Translations under genes and position numbers: made by a program
Source of the DNA: a virus
Lineage: Duplodnaviria; Caudoviricetes
Length of the DNA: 55,349 nucleotides
Virus record (IMG/VR): IMGVR_UViG_3300034025_000046
Span: 1-55,349 of that record
Direction: 5' to 3' (one strand)
The notes under the pieces: model-generated
What the model was told of the DNA's origin: nothing
The model's input: the letters and a program-made list of their open reading frames with translations, nothing else
Databases searched by the model: none
Part shown: positions 54,416 to 55,349 of the stretch, in pieces
Numbering within the stretch: the stretch's first letter is position 1
Layout: each line of letters starts with the position of its first letter

Positions 54416-55138
54416 TCAGGCCGCAAGCGCCTTCCCGCACGTGCCGCACGTCGCAGCCGAAGCGAGGACGGGCTTCACGATGACAGGGTCGTCATCCGTG
54501 GCCGCGACGGCAAGCGCCAGAGTAACAGCCGGCTCGGGTGCCCAAGGCGTGTCGCGGATCGCCGCCCATTTCTTGAAGGCCGCAGCAAGCTTCGTGTGAT
54601 ACCCGTTCTTCGCGTACTGTGGCCCGTTATAGCCGCGAGCCAGCGCCGCCCAATTGTGGGCCCGTAGCTCATCGTCGAGATGGTTCGCCTTGATGAACCG
54701 GACGGCCGCCTCAAGTTGTTCCGCCTCGCCGTCCAGGAAGGCCGCGACCATCGCCTGCGGGCTGACATAGCCGGCATCGACGTGGTTCTCGCCCATGATC
54801 TGCCCGATGCCCCACGACGCGGACCGAAGGGCGGCCGTCTCATCAATGGCGATCGCGGCGACCAGGCGCGGGTAGCTGTCCTTGGGGTACGGCTTCGAGC
54901 CCCAGACCGGGTAGGCCAGCCCACCCTTGACCGCGAGCGCGCGCTTCGTGCCGGACAGGTTCGCGTAGAAGCGATGTGGCTCGAACAGCATCTTCGGCCG
55001 ACCATGCGCGTCGAACCCGCCTCCCGAGGTCTCCACCTCGAGGAAGGCGTGCAGCTCGTCCTCCCCCACCCCGATCATGTGACCGATGCGCGGCAGATCG
55101 CTATCCGCCAGCCGCTTGGCGGCCCCGGTGAAGATCAT
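54416..55138 (-). CDS. Endolysin, N-acetylmuramidase (DUF3380-type)
   Basis: LEVETSGGGF...PKMLFEPHRF...SASWGIGQIMGENH...ARGYNGPQY...YHTKL. Confidence 0.9.
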   Translation of the reverse strand: MIFTGAAKRLADSDLPRIGHMIGVGEDELHAFLEVETSGGGFDAHGRPKMLFEPHRFYANLSGTKRALAVKGGLAYPVWGSKPYPKDSYPRLVAAIAIDETAALRSASWGIGQIMGENHVDAGYVSPQAMVAAFLDGEAEQLEAAVRFIKANHLDDELRAHNWAALARGYNGPQYAKNGYHTKLAAAFKKWAAIRDTPWAPEPAVTLALAVAATDDDPVIVKPVLASAATCGTCGKALAA

Positions 55139-55152
55139 GTCAGTCTCCAGGC

Positions 55153-55177
55153 ATGAAAAAGCCCGCGCGAGGCGGGC
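55153..55177 (-). terminator. Terminator-like hairpin upstream of the endolysin
   Basis: GCCCGC/GCGGGC stem plus TTTTTCAT. Confidence 0.6.
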
Positions 55178-55218
55178 GGGTTAGGTCGGGGAGAGGGCCC
55201 CTCCGATGAGGGAGGGGT

Positions 55219-55344
55219 GGGGGGTCAGGCGATCGCCTGGAGCGCGGTCAGCGTGCTTCGGGCCAGACGCTCCCCGATCTGGCGCGCGCCATAGACCCCG
55301 CCGGGGTGGACGTTGTCGGCCCCGATCACGCCCGTGCCCGGAGC
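55219..55344 (+). repeat. Terminal direct repeat, copy 2
   Basis: Identical to 1-126. Confidence 0.95.
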
Positions 55345-55349
55345 TCTTT

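Noticed and set aside
1-55349. Genome-wide TAG recoding
   Set aside because: Terminase, portal, capsid, integrase and lysin are intact under code 11, and TAG ends several genes normally
55219-55349. Biological terminal repeat
   Set aside because: The 126-bp overlap falls within a gene and is about an assembler k-mer in length, so it is most likely a circular-assembly artefact; the last 5 nt are unexplained

Overview
The window is an essentially complete, circularly assembled temperate phage genome of about 55.2 kb; bases 1-126 are repeated at 55219-55344. It has a podovirus-type virion module, and its GC-rich sequence and gene families suggest an alphaproteobacterial host, probably Hyphomicrobiales such as Methylobacterium (inference). 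The minus-strand late operon runs terS, terL, portal, scaffold, capsid, tail tube A/B, ejection proteins, tail fibres and an SGNH esterase, then crosses the contig join into the lysis genes. An arc/mnt-type secondary immunity region with a P63C gene and a hicB-hicA pair is inserted in the tail module. A lambda-like cro/cI switch with clear operators controls a replication arm (initiator, SF2 helicase, primase, VRR-NUC, late activator) and a recombination/accessory arm (Sak/Rad52-like SSAP, NinB, HNH, C5 methyltransferase, WYL, HerA-like ATPase, xis, tyrosine integrase). An intact attP carries the 3' half of tRNA-Pro(CGG). The four most notable observations are: (1) an RNase-toxin-like ORF coupled to cI through a CTG start and followed by a ~135-nt structured kissing-loop RNA, a candidate new RNA-antitoxin/anti-phage module; (2) a 76-nt CUA-anticodon amber-suppressor tRNA in a standard-code genome, where two TAG stops would read through in frame to give scaffold-capsid and lipoprotein-holin fusions; (3) near-identical DNA linkers that delimit swappable domains inside two unrelated accessory genes; (4) a protein with 36 Cys-X-X repeats as the first pL gene. 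All product calls come from motif recognition by eye; no database search was run.
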